Positions 25,326-32,000 of a DNA stretch of 32,000 nucleotides are shown piece after piece. The position numbers were made by a program, and so were the translations under genes. The stretch's first letter is position 1. Each line of letters opens with the position of its first letter. A model generated the notes under the pieces. The model made no database searches and was not told the origin of the DNA. It was given only the letters and a program-made list of their open reading frames with translations. This DNA is from Candidatus Thalassarchaeaceae archaeon (GTDB lineage Archaea; Thermoplasmatota; Poseidoniia; Poseidoniales; Thalassarchaeaceae): positions 480,001 to 512,000 of the forward strand of contig JBJLBP010000001.1 in assembly GCA_045568075.1 (NCBI GenBank), written 5' to 3'.

Positions 25326-25349
25326 AATGCCCCACCTCAAGCCGTTTAA

Positions 25350-26768
25350 TCAGCGTTGAATCGCCTTGATTTCAAGGAATTCTTCGAGTCCATGGATTCC
25401 GAGTTCGCGACCGTTACCTGATAGCTTGTAACCACCGAATGGTGCGCTGATGTTGAATGCACCACCGTTGATGCTAACCTGTCCTGTGCGCAGTGCACGA
25501 GCAACGCGCATAGCACGCTCTTCATCTCCTGACCAAACTCCACCAGACAGCCCATATTCTGAGTCGTTCGCCAGAGCAATCGCCTCTTCCTCGGTCTCGT
25601 AGGTGGTGATTGTGAGGACCGGGCCAAAGATTTCCTCACGGAAAATTGTCATTTCGGAAGTCACGTCAGCGAATACCGTTGGTTGGACGAAGAAACCACT
25701 CTCTAACCCCTCAGGCATGCCCTCGCCACCTGCCACCAAAGTTGCTCCTTCCGACAAACCGGATGCGATGTATCCGGCGACTGATTCCTGCTGTCGCGCC
25801 GATACCATCGGCCCGCAGCGCATCGATTCATCGTTTGGGTCGCCGACTGAATATCTCTGCATAGTGGCAGTGATTACTTCGACGACCTCATCTCTCGCAC
25901 TAGCAGGTACGATGAGTCGACTCAGGCTGGAACATTCTTGCCCCGAATTGTTGAAGCAGGCGTAAACAGCCATCTTCGCAGCCTTCGCGATATCCGCGTC
26001 ATCGAGAATGATATTCGCGCTTTTTCCACCGAGTTCGAGAGTGACTCTCTTCACGGTAGGTGCAGCAGCCTGCGACACGCTGACCCCTGCACCGGTTGAA
26101 CCGGTGAAACTGACCATATCGACTTCAGGATGTGCGGCGAGTGTCTCGCCGATTTCGCGGCCGTGGCCTGAAACCAAATTGAACACGCCCGCAGGCAGTC
26201 CAATTTCATGCAATATATCTGCTAGAAGGAAGGCGTTGAGTGGAGCCTCTTTGGAGGGTTTGAGGACCATTGTGCAACCTGAAGCGAGGGCAGGGGCCAC
26301 CTTACCGATTATTTGGTGAAGTGGAAAATTCCACGGAGTAATCATTGCTACGACCCCGATTGGCTCTTTGACAATCAAGGAGTTGCGGACCTCCTCTTCC
26401 CACTCGAATGAATCAAGCATTTTTGCGTATGAGCGCGAGACAACACGAGGTGTTCCAACCATCGCCATTCTGCTGTAATTGATCGGCGTACCAACTTCTG
26501 CCGTGATTAGTTGGGCGATTTCTTCGCCGCGTTCCTTGAACGCGGCCGAAATCGAATTCAAAATCGCGATTCTTTCTTCGATACTGCTCGCCGACCATGC
26601 GGGGAAAGCCGCGCGCGCTGCTGCAACTGCTGATTCGACGTCTGCAGCGCTTCCAACCGGCACAGAACCGATGCACTGCTCGGTTGTTGGATTAACGACT
26701 TCAATCGTTCCTTCACCGCTTGCTGCGACCCACTTTCCATCGATGTAGATGCTCTCGCGCGCGTTCAT
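25350..26768 (-). CDS. NAD(P)+-dependent aldehyde dehydrogenase
   Basis: It has ELGGKSANII (catalytic Glu), FNNSGQECSSLSRLIV (catalytic Cys) and a WNFPL block. Length is 472 aa. Confidence 0.9.
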   Translation of the reverse strand: MNARESIYIDGKWVAASGEGTIEVVNPTTEQCIGSVPVGSAADVESAVAAARAAFPAWSASSIEERIAILNSISAAFKERGEEIAQLITAEVGTPINYSRMAMVGTPRVVSRSYAKMLDSFEWEEEVRNSLIVKEPIGVVAMITPWNFPLHQIIGKVAPALASGCTMVLKPSKEAPLNAFLLADILHEIGLPAGVFNLVSGHGREIGETLAAHPEVDMVSFTGSTGAGVSVSQAAAPTVKRVTLELGGKSANIILDDADIAKAAKMAVYACFNNSGQECSSLSRLIVPASARDEVVEVITATMQRYSVGDPNDESMRCGPMVSARQQESVAGYIASGLSEGATLVAGGEGMPEGLESGFFVQPTVFADVTSEMTIFREEIFGPVLTITTYETEEEAIALANDSEYGLSGGVWSGDEERAMRVARALRTGQVSINGGAFNISAPFGGYKLSGNGRELGIHGLEEFLEIKAIQR

Positions 26769-26836
26769 GGATGGGGCAAAGCGAGGTGACTTATCAGATT
26801 CATGCAGTTCAAAAGTAGAGTCGCGACTGGGCGTTC

Positions 26837-27634
26837 ATGGGTATGGAAGTCACACGTCATGACGGAGGCGTTGCTGTGGTCACACTGTCCGAGGCTGCTG
26901 CTCGAAACGCCTTCTCACGTTCCTCTATACATGAGATTGCAGATGTGATGGGTGGCTTGTTGGACGATCCGTCCTGCAATGGGATTGTGCTTACCGGCAC
27001 GGGTCGATTCTTCTGTACTGGTGCTGATATTGACGAGTTTGCTGATTCGATTGATGATGGTTCAATCGCAGATCTCGTCGGCGAATTAACTGGGGTTTTG
27101 CATCCACTTGAGTTGCGCCTTCGCCGCTCTCCAACCGTGTTTGTCGCTGCGATGAATGGCGCTGCAGCCGGTGGTGGGCTCGGCCTCGCCTTGTCTGCTG
27201 ATTATCGAGTCTGCGTGCCCGAAGCCCGTCTCGCCGCCGCCTTCTTTTCACTCGGTCTCTCTCCAGATGGCGGCTCGACCTGGATGCTCCCGCGTTTGGT
27301 TGGGAACCAGCGTGCTCGTCGCTTCTTCTTCGATAACGAGGTCTGGACAGGCGAGCAAGCTCTTGAATTTGGAGCAGTTGACGAGGTTGTTGAGGCTGAT
27401 GATTTACTTGGGCGAGCCATTGAGGTTGCAGCTAAATGGGGATCGTGGGCTCAAGCGAGCAGACAGGGAACCAAGCAATTGCTCGATGCCTCGACTACTA
27501 CTTTCATGGAGACTCAACTTGAGTTTGAGAAGGCCTTGATTACTGCTGCGAGTCTAACACCAGATTTTGCTGAAGGCGTCTCGGCCTTTCTCGAAAAGCG
27601 AGCGCCCTCTTTCGGGCGCTCGGAAGAAGAATAA
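26837..27634 (+). CDS. Enoyl-CoA hydratase/isomerase (crotonase) family
   Basis: It has FFCTGADIDEF and MNGAAAGGGLGLALSADYRV. It is divergent from the aldehyde dehydrogenase across a 68-nt spacer. Confidence 0.85.
   Translation: MGMEVTRHDGGVAVVTLSEAAARNAFSRSSIHEIADVMGGLLDDPSCNGIVLTGTGRFFCTGADIDEFADSIDDGSIADLVGELTGVLHPLELRLRRSPTVFVAAMNGAAAGGGLGLALSADYRVCVPEARLAAAFFSLGLSPDGGSTWMLPRLVGNQRARRFFFDNEVWTGEQALEFGAVDEVVEADDLLGRAIEVAAKWGSWAQASRQGTKQLLDASTTTFMETQLEFEKALITAASLTPDFAEGVSAFLEKRAPSFGRSEEE
27599..27622 (+). terminator. GC-rich 9-bp hairpin at the extreme 3' end of the crotonase gene
   Basis: The sequence is CGAGCGCCC-tctttc-GGGCGCTCG, ending 10 nt before the TAA at 27632-27634. A 185-nt convergent spacer follows. 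Confidence 0.3.
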
Positions 27635-27819
27635 TCTCCGCTTAGTAGCGAGATTGAATTTGCGGCTTACCCTGAAGAACTCTCATTCGCCTTCGAGGGT
27701 TTGAGACCATCAAGCATGTATTTGCATCCATGAACCTCTAGCCAAGTCCTTGACTACTTCAATCAGTGTTTATCTCGACAAGGATTGATTCATCCGAAAC
27801 ATGTCTAATTTAGGCCCAT

Positions 27820-28089
27820 TTATCCTTCACGACGCAGTCGCAGGACACCAACGATGATTGCAAGAATGCAGGACAGGGCTGCGATATTTGCGAAAATCAT
27901 TGCCACAGACTCGATGACTATTCCATAAAATAGCCACATTGTCAAAGAGGCTGAAACCAGAGAGAAAGTCGGTAAAGAAATTCCCTCGTGCTTTCCCTCA
28001 ACCCAAACTTTGCGAATCTGTGGGATCCATGCGATTACACCGAGAAATCCTGCAGCAACGCCAATCGCTTCAACCCAGAGTGGAATCAT
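27820..28089 (-). CDS. SemiSWEET / PQ-loop family small transporter (3 TM, 89 aa)
   Basis: ATG at 28089 with GGGAG upstream. The PQ motif occurs in GVIAWIPQIRKVW..K...GISL. The size and three hydrophobic helices fit SemiSWEET. The ORF-track start at 28113 would overlap the upstream gene. Confidence 0.7.
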   Translation of the reverse strand: MIPLWVEAIGVAAGFLGVIAWIPQIRKVWVEGKHEGISLPTFSLVSASLTMWLFYGIVIESVAMIFANIAALSCILAIIVGVLRLRREG

Positions 28090-28109
28090 CGTCGCCAACT
28101 CCCGATGCC

Positions 28110-29000
28110 TCACAATGGTAAGTCATCACGCTCGGCCTTCTCGCCGTCAGACCAATCGTATAGACCACGAGCTGTTTTCTTTCCGAGACTACCCTCGGCG
28201 ACAAGCGCCTCGAGCAGAGGATGAGGTCGATACGAATCATCATCAAAGGCTTCAGCCAAATTATTCAGAATGTCGCGCCGAACATCCAAGCCGACCAAGT
28301 CGCTAAGTTCGAGCGGTCCCATTGGATGCCGATATCCTAACTTCATTGCAGTGTCGATATCGCTGGCACTGGCAACACCATCAGCAAGCATCCGAATCGC
28401 TTCATTACCCAGAGTCACTCCGAGTCTGCTAGTTGCAAATCCAGGCACATCACGTACCAAAATCGTCTCTTTACCCATCGCAGAACCGATGGATTGAGCC
28501 GCTTCGACAGTCTGATCGGAGCAGCCATCATGGCGAACAATCTCAAGTAATTTCATGATTGGAACCGGATTGAAGAAGTGCATCCCGATAACTCTGTCAG
28601 CACAGGTAGTGGCCTCTGCGATTGCACTAATTGGAAGTCCCGAAGTATTAGTCGCAAGTATAGCGTGGGCCGGAGCCATCGATTCGAGATCCCGGAAGAT
28701 GCTCTGCTTCAATTCCATAATCTCAGGAATAGCCTCGATAACCAAGTCAGCTCCTGAAACGGCTTCAGCCATATCCGCGCATGCGCTTAGATTTCCTTTC
28801 CACTCTGCCTTCTGCTCAGCAGTGGTCTTGCCACGAGCAATTCCCTTGTCCCAGAAGGAGTCGACAGCAGCCATCCCATTCGCTAATCCTTCAGGAAAAG
28901 CATCGAACAACCGAGTCTCCCAACCTGTTTGGGCGCAGACTTGAGCAATTCCAGCGCCCATCGTACCGGCGCCGATTACGGCGACGGTACGAATGTCCAT
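28110..29000 (-). CDS. hbd: 3-hydroxyacyl-CoA (3-hydroxybutyryl-CoA) dehydrogenase
   Basis: It has VAVIGAGTMGAGIAQV and NTSGLPIS...RVIGMHFFNPVPIMKLLEIV. I prefer the ATG at 29000 (MDIRTVAVIGAG) with GGGAGTGA 5 nt upstream. The ATG at 29018 is the alternative. Confidence 0.9.
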   Translation of the reverse strand: MDIRTVAVIGAGTMGAGIAQVCAQTGWETRLFDAFPEGLANGMAAVDSFWDKGIARGKTTAEQKAEWKGNLSACADMAEAVSGADLVIEAIPEIMELKQSIFRDLESMAPAHAILATNTSGLPISAIAEATTCADRVIGMHFFNPVPIMKLLEIVRHDGCSDQTVEAAQSIGSAMGKETILVRDVPGFATSRLGVTLGNEAIRMLADGVASASDIDTAMKLGYRHPMGPLELSDLVGLDVRRDILNNLAEAFDDDSYRPHPLLEALVAEGSLGKKTARGLYDWSDGEKAERDDLPL

Positions 29001-29004
29001 CGTT

Positions 29005-29565
29005 TCACTCCCTACCATATGCTGCTAGTGCAGCCTGAAACAGTCGCTGCCGAGGAACATCATGCTCCAAGAAGCAAGTGAAAGGAGCCACATCTTTGAG
29101 CAATTCAATCGCCGAGACATAAGCGCCGTAAATGAAGGGGTCAGCGACCTCAGTCGCTGGAATTTCAATTCCTAACTTAGCCAATCCCTTCCGCGTATCT
29201 TCGTCCCAAATCGCATAGGTATGTTGAGTGAAGTGGAGGTAGGAGGAGAGCCTGACTATGTCGGATCGAGCATTGGGAGTGAAGGAGTCAAGCAGCAGTG
29301 TGTCAGGGTAACGAATCGCATACATCGCGAGTTTCACTTCGCGCGTAGTCTCTTCTCGCCAATCGCGCTTGTCTAATCCCATCCATTCATCGACCATATC
29401 GAGCATGCCATTGGTGTAAGGTCGATGCACTTTGTAGAGTAGCACTTCGTAGCCTTCAGCGTCTTGATCGGCCGAATGGTGGTGCTCATGGAAGAGGTCG
29501 GTTAATCTGTCAAAAAATGGCTTGCAGCGTTCCTTATCGAAGGCAAGAAGTGATAGATGTTGCAT
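29005..29565 (-). CDS. Hypothetical 186-aa protein inside the Box-like operon
   Basis: ATG at 29565 is preceded by a perfect GAGGTGAT Shine-Dalgarno motif, 17 nt after the upstream stop. The longer ORF-track version to 29694 is Arg-rich and overlaps the oxygenase gene. It has an HEHHH patch. I recognise no family. Confidence 0.6.
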   Translation of the reverse strand: MQHLSLLAFDKERCKPFFDRLTDLFHEHHHSADQDAEGYEVLLYKVHRPYTNGMLDMVDEWMGLDKRDWREETTREVKLAMYAIRYPDTLLLDSFTPNARSDIVRLSSYLHFTQHTYAIWDEDTRKGLAKLGIEIPATEVADPFIYGAYVSAIELLKDVAPFTCFLEHDVPRQRLFQAALAAYGRE

Positions 29566-29582
29566 GAAATCACCTCTGAGGC

Positions 29583-30725
29583 TCACTCGCCCTTCCATTC
29601 GCGGTATTGAATCCATTCTTCTTGCATGTATTCGTTCATCAGGCGTTCTTCGTCTGCATCGGTGGGAAGAACGTCGTCGAGGTAAGCCTGCCAATCATCG
29701 TCACTTCCTTCGAAGTCGTCGCCTTCAAGTGTGTAACGCTCTGCAGAGTATTTTCCGATTCCTCGATTGAATTTATCAGACGGAATAAACAACTCTGGCT
29801 CACCTTCCTTTCGAGCTTGACTAATTCTGCGCATCTCATCGCGAAGTTCCTGGAAATAGAGCTCACGGCTCGCTTCGTTGAGGTGAGCGCGGTCTGCATC
29901 ATCGCTGGACTCGCGCTCATCATAGCGCCCCTTGATTCCGTAAACATAGGCCCACTGGGCGCTTGTCGAGTCGTCAGTTCCAAACAGGTCGAGACCGGTA
30001 CTGACCCACTTGTTGACGTATTTCTGGAGAAGAGCGCAGGGGATTACTCCCTGCTTGACGACTCTGCGTAGTCCATTGGCTCCGGTGCCGAGATGGAAGG
30101 ATTCCTCCTTCAGCATAGGCCCCATCGAGGCAGCGAGTGGCTGGAAAGAAGATGTGCTGAGCATCTTCAGTTGGTACTTACCGTCTCGGTCGATAAAGTG
30201 AGTGAAGCAGAAGAAGTCCAACCAGTGGTCAATCGGTGCGTTGAATGAACCTAGGATGCGAGTTCCTTCCTGCGCATTGCGCTCGAGCAACTTTGCTGCC
30301 TCGCGCACTCCGTGCTCGCCGAAGTAAGTGCAGAGAAGGTAAGCCATCTGCCATCCGTGGCGCTGTTCTTCGCACATGATTCGCAGGGCTGACTTGCGGT
30401 CATACTCGGTCGGGGCGGTCGCCAACAGGTGGTTCTGCTGCTCGACGCTGGCGAATTCTGTATCGCCCTGCACGCTGACCATCGAGATGATTGCATCACG
30501 GATGTTTTGCTGTGGAATCTGCATTCGTCGCTGCCACTTGGGCATACCTTGGAAATCACCGAATTCGATCTGTGAACCAGCGGTGTCCCAGTCGAACTTG
30601 ATGTCGAATCGGTAATCACCCAGCCACGACGGGTCAAATCCGATTCGTGTCTGCCAATCGCTGAAATCTTGTATCCACGCCTCGAAGTTCGGGGAGTAGT
30701 CCTGTACGATCTCTGTATCTGTCAT
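29583..30725 (-). CDS. Di-iron (ferritin-like) acyl-CoA oxygenase of the PaaA/BoxB family, most similar to benzoyl-CoA 2,3-epoxidase subunit BoxB
   Basis: It has two ExxH metal motifs (CEEQRHGWQMAYLL and MLKEESFHLGTG). The blocks QGDTEFASVEQQNHL and FIDRDGKYQL closely match what I recall of BoxB. The start is at ATG 30725 or ATG 30761. Confidence 0.65.
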   Translation of the reverse strand: MTDTEIVQDYSPNFEAWIQDFSDWQTRIGFDPSWLGDYRFDIKFDWDTAGSQIEFGDFQGMPKWQRRMQIPQQNIRDAIISMVSVQGDTEFASVEQQNHLLATAPTEYDRKSALRIMCEEQRHGWQMAYLLCTYFGEHGVREAAKLLERNAQEGTRILGSFNAPIDHWLDFFCFTHFIDRDGKYQLKMLSTSSFQPLAASMGPMLKEESFHLGTGANGLRRVVKQGVIPCALLQKYVNKWVSTGLDLFGTDDSTSAQWAYVYGIKGRYDERESSDDADRAHLNEASRELYFQELRDEMRRISQARKEGEPELFIPSDKFNRGIGKYSAERYTLEGDDFEGSDDDWQAYLDDVLPTDADEERLMNEYMQEEWIQYREWKGE

Positions 30726-30808
30726 GAGGTGGGGCAGAAGGGACCTGTATTTCAACCACATCACCGAAGACGTAGTCTTCGGTCGCCCGAAATTTTTGGA
30801 TGATAAGT

Positions 30809-31723
30809 TCAGTTACCTTCGAAGCGAGGGGTGCGGCGCTCGACGTAAGCGGCGATTCCTTCCTTCGCGTCAGCGCTGTTGAACAGAGCCGCTTGCAACT
30901 CGCGCTCAAGCGCAAGGTGATACTCGAAAGGCATCTCAGGTCCTGATTGGACTGAGCGCTTGATGTTACCAACTGCCATAGTAGCCTTGTATGGTAAGCA
31001 GAACTGGCTGGCGTAGTCGAGAATATCCTGCCGGAAATCGTCTAGTGATCCATCCCAGACGTCGTTGAAGAGGTCGATTTCCTTAGCCTTCTCGAAGGCC
31101 ATCAGCTCGCCGCTGACCATGTATTCGAGAGCACGCGACTTGCCGATGAGGCGAGTTAGTCGCGCAGTGCCGCCTGTTCCTGCAAGCACACCGAGGTTAA
31201 TTTCAGGAAGTCCACACTTGCCTGCATCCTTGCGAGCGATGCGAATGTCGCAGGCCATTGCGATCTCAAGTCCGCCGCCGACAGCGTGACCATTGATTGC
31301 ACAAATGACGAGCTTCGGAGTCTGCTCGAGGCGGCTCAGAGTCTCGTTAGCGTGAAGGCAGAAATTGTACTTGAATCCCGGCGTGACCGAGTTCAACATC
31401 TGGATGCTTGCACCGGCAGAGAAGAACTTGTGTCCATTGCCGGTGAAGACGATGACGCTGACGTCGTCATCAAAGCGAGCCTTGACGACAGCGGTATCGA
31501 TGTCTCGCATCATTTCGTGTGTGTATGTGTTCGGGCCGACTTCGTCGCCCTCAAGTGGAGCGCCCGCCGAATTCGAAGCAAGTTCGATGATGGCGATTCC
31601 GTTTTCTGTGACTCCGTAGTTTACCAAGCGGTTTGGCATGGGTTCGAGTTCAGGCCATGAGGTCATGGCGCTTCGACCGTAGGTCGGATTATGAATCAAA
31701 CGGGTAACGCTTGGAGACTCCAA
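30809..31723 (-). CDS. Crotonase-fold enzyme, resembling the N-terminal half of benzoyl-CoA-dihydrodiol lyase BoxC
   Basis: It has FFSAGASIQML, FKYNFCLHANET, INGHAVGGGLEIAMACD and GLPEINLGVLAGTGGTARL. The start is uncertain: TTG at 31723, ATG at 31666 or ATG at 31639. Confidence 0.8.
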   Translation of the reverse strand: MESPSVTRLIHNPTYGRSAMTSWPELEPMPNRLVNYGVTENGIAIIELASNSAGAPLEGDEVGPNTYTHEMMRDIDTAVVKARFDDDVSVIVFTGNGHKFFSAGASIQMLNSVTPGFKYNFCLHANETLSRLEQTPKLVICAINGHAVGGGLEIAMACDIRIARKDAGKCGLPEINLGVLAGTGGTARLTRLIGKSRALEYMVSGELMAFEKAKEIDLFNDVWDGSLDDFRQDILDYASQFCLPYKATMAVGNIKRSVQSGPEMPFEYHLALERELQAALFNSADAKEGIAAYVERRTPRFEGN

Positions 31724-31729
31724 ACTCGC

Positions 31730-31999
31730 TCAAGCGTCGTTTTCAGAGAAGGAAGTATGACCTCCTCCTCGCTGGTGGGACTTCCACTGAACCCCTATTT
31801 CTTCGGCCCGTGGGCTTGCTTCCCAGACATCTCTTGAGAGGGCTTTTCGGAACGGCATGCGAGAGACCATTCGACCGTCTGCGAGTTGTTTTCGGCGGAG
31901 CATGCCGATTTTGACGATGGGCCATAATGCTCGGCGAAATAGTCCAGGTTGGTAGACCCATTTCATGAAGGCGAGCCCATCTCCTTTGCGAGCTTGGTC
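31730..31999 (-). CDS. Possible 3' end (90 codons) of a gene continuing beyond the window
   Basis: The minus-strand frame is open from the window edge to a TGA at 31730-31732, 6 nt upstream of the next gene. The translation (…GDGLAFMKWVYQPGLFRRALWPIVKIG…) is basic, unlike the neighbouring proteins, and I do not recognise it. Confidence 0.3.
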   Translation of the reverse strand, partial: DQARKGDGLAFMKWVYQPGLFRRALWPIVKIGMLRRKQLADGRMVSRMPFRKALSRDVWEASPRAEEIGVQWKSHQRGGGHTSFSENDA

Positions 32000-32000
32000 A

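Noticed and set aside
27635-27819. A 185-nt convergent spacer as a possible small ncRNA locus (imperfect hairpin CCCTGAAG...CTTCGAGGG at ~27670-27703; ATTTGCAT word at ~27720)
   Set aside because: The hairpin is imperfect and there is no promoter-like box or conserved-looking structure. The octamer-like word is a chance match with no meaning in archaea. It is most likely just 3' UTR or terminator space.
1-32000. Conspicuous abundance of TCGA-containing palindromes (ATCGAT, TTCGAA, CTCGAG, GTCGAC) and of GAATTC
   Set aside because: This is most simply explained by codon and dipeptide usage (tcg Ser, cga Arg, gat/gac Asp, atc Ile, gaa-ttc Glu-Phe) in an acidic proteome. I did not count them, and a tetranucleotide odds-ratio calculation would be needed before claiming anything about restriction-site biology.

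Overview
This is a densely packed 32-kb stretch of what looks like an archaeal chromosome, with about 29 protein genes and one tRNA. I see no rRNA, CRISPR array, transposase, integrase, prophage gene or recognisable defence gene. Archaeal origin is supported by a thermosome, a stand-alone Bud32 (KEOPS) kinase, GGAGGTGA-type Shine-Dalgarno motifs, and TATA-like boxes about 25 nt upstream of some start codons. The strongly acidic proteins, secreted peptidases, giant acidic surface proteins and many acyl-CoA genes suggest an uncultured marine euryarchaeote (Marine Group II / Poseidoniales-like); that is inference only. Layout: (1) 1-5.9 kb holds a 5'-truncated SDR-type threonine dehydrogenase, then a thermosome divergent from an Hsp20-like gene + dnaK + a small membrane protein, with no grpE or dnaJ. 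(2) 5.9-9.9 kb holds an M17 leucyl aminopeptidase, a secreted and anchored M14 carboxypeptidase, and an agmatinase-family ureohydrolase. (3) 10-16.1 kb holds a small acidic protein and two overlapping giant surface proteins, ending at tRNA-Gly(GCC). One surface protein is 1007 aa and rich in N-glycosylation sequons; the other is 815 aa with about 21 thrombospondin-type-3 Ca-binding loops. (4) 16.1-23.5 kb holds ArsC/LMW-PTP, an Mrp/NBP35-type ATPase lacking the CxxC cluster-binding motif, a PAP2-type membrane enzyme fused to a large ectodomain, nadA, bud32, rdgB/HAM1 and a Pro-rich membrane protein. (5) 23.5-32 kb is an acyl-CoA block with three crotonases, an aldehyde dehydrogenase, a 3-hydroxyacyl-CoA dehydrogenase and a SemiSWEET. 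It also contains a BoxC-like crotonase / BoxB-like di-iron oxygenase pair, followed by an orphan 186-aa gene, with no BoxA-type reductase visible. A roughly 1-kb low-GC single-gene insert interrupts this block. The most interesting candidate is the Box-like operon (28.1-31.7 kb). The surface-protein operon, the CxxC-less Mrp and the PAP2 fusion come second. All functional calls come from reading motifs in the supplied translations; no database search was run.
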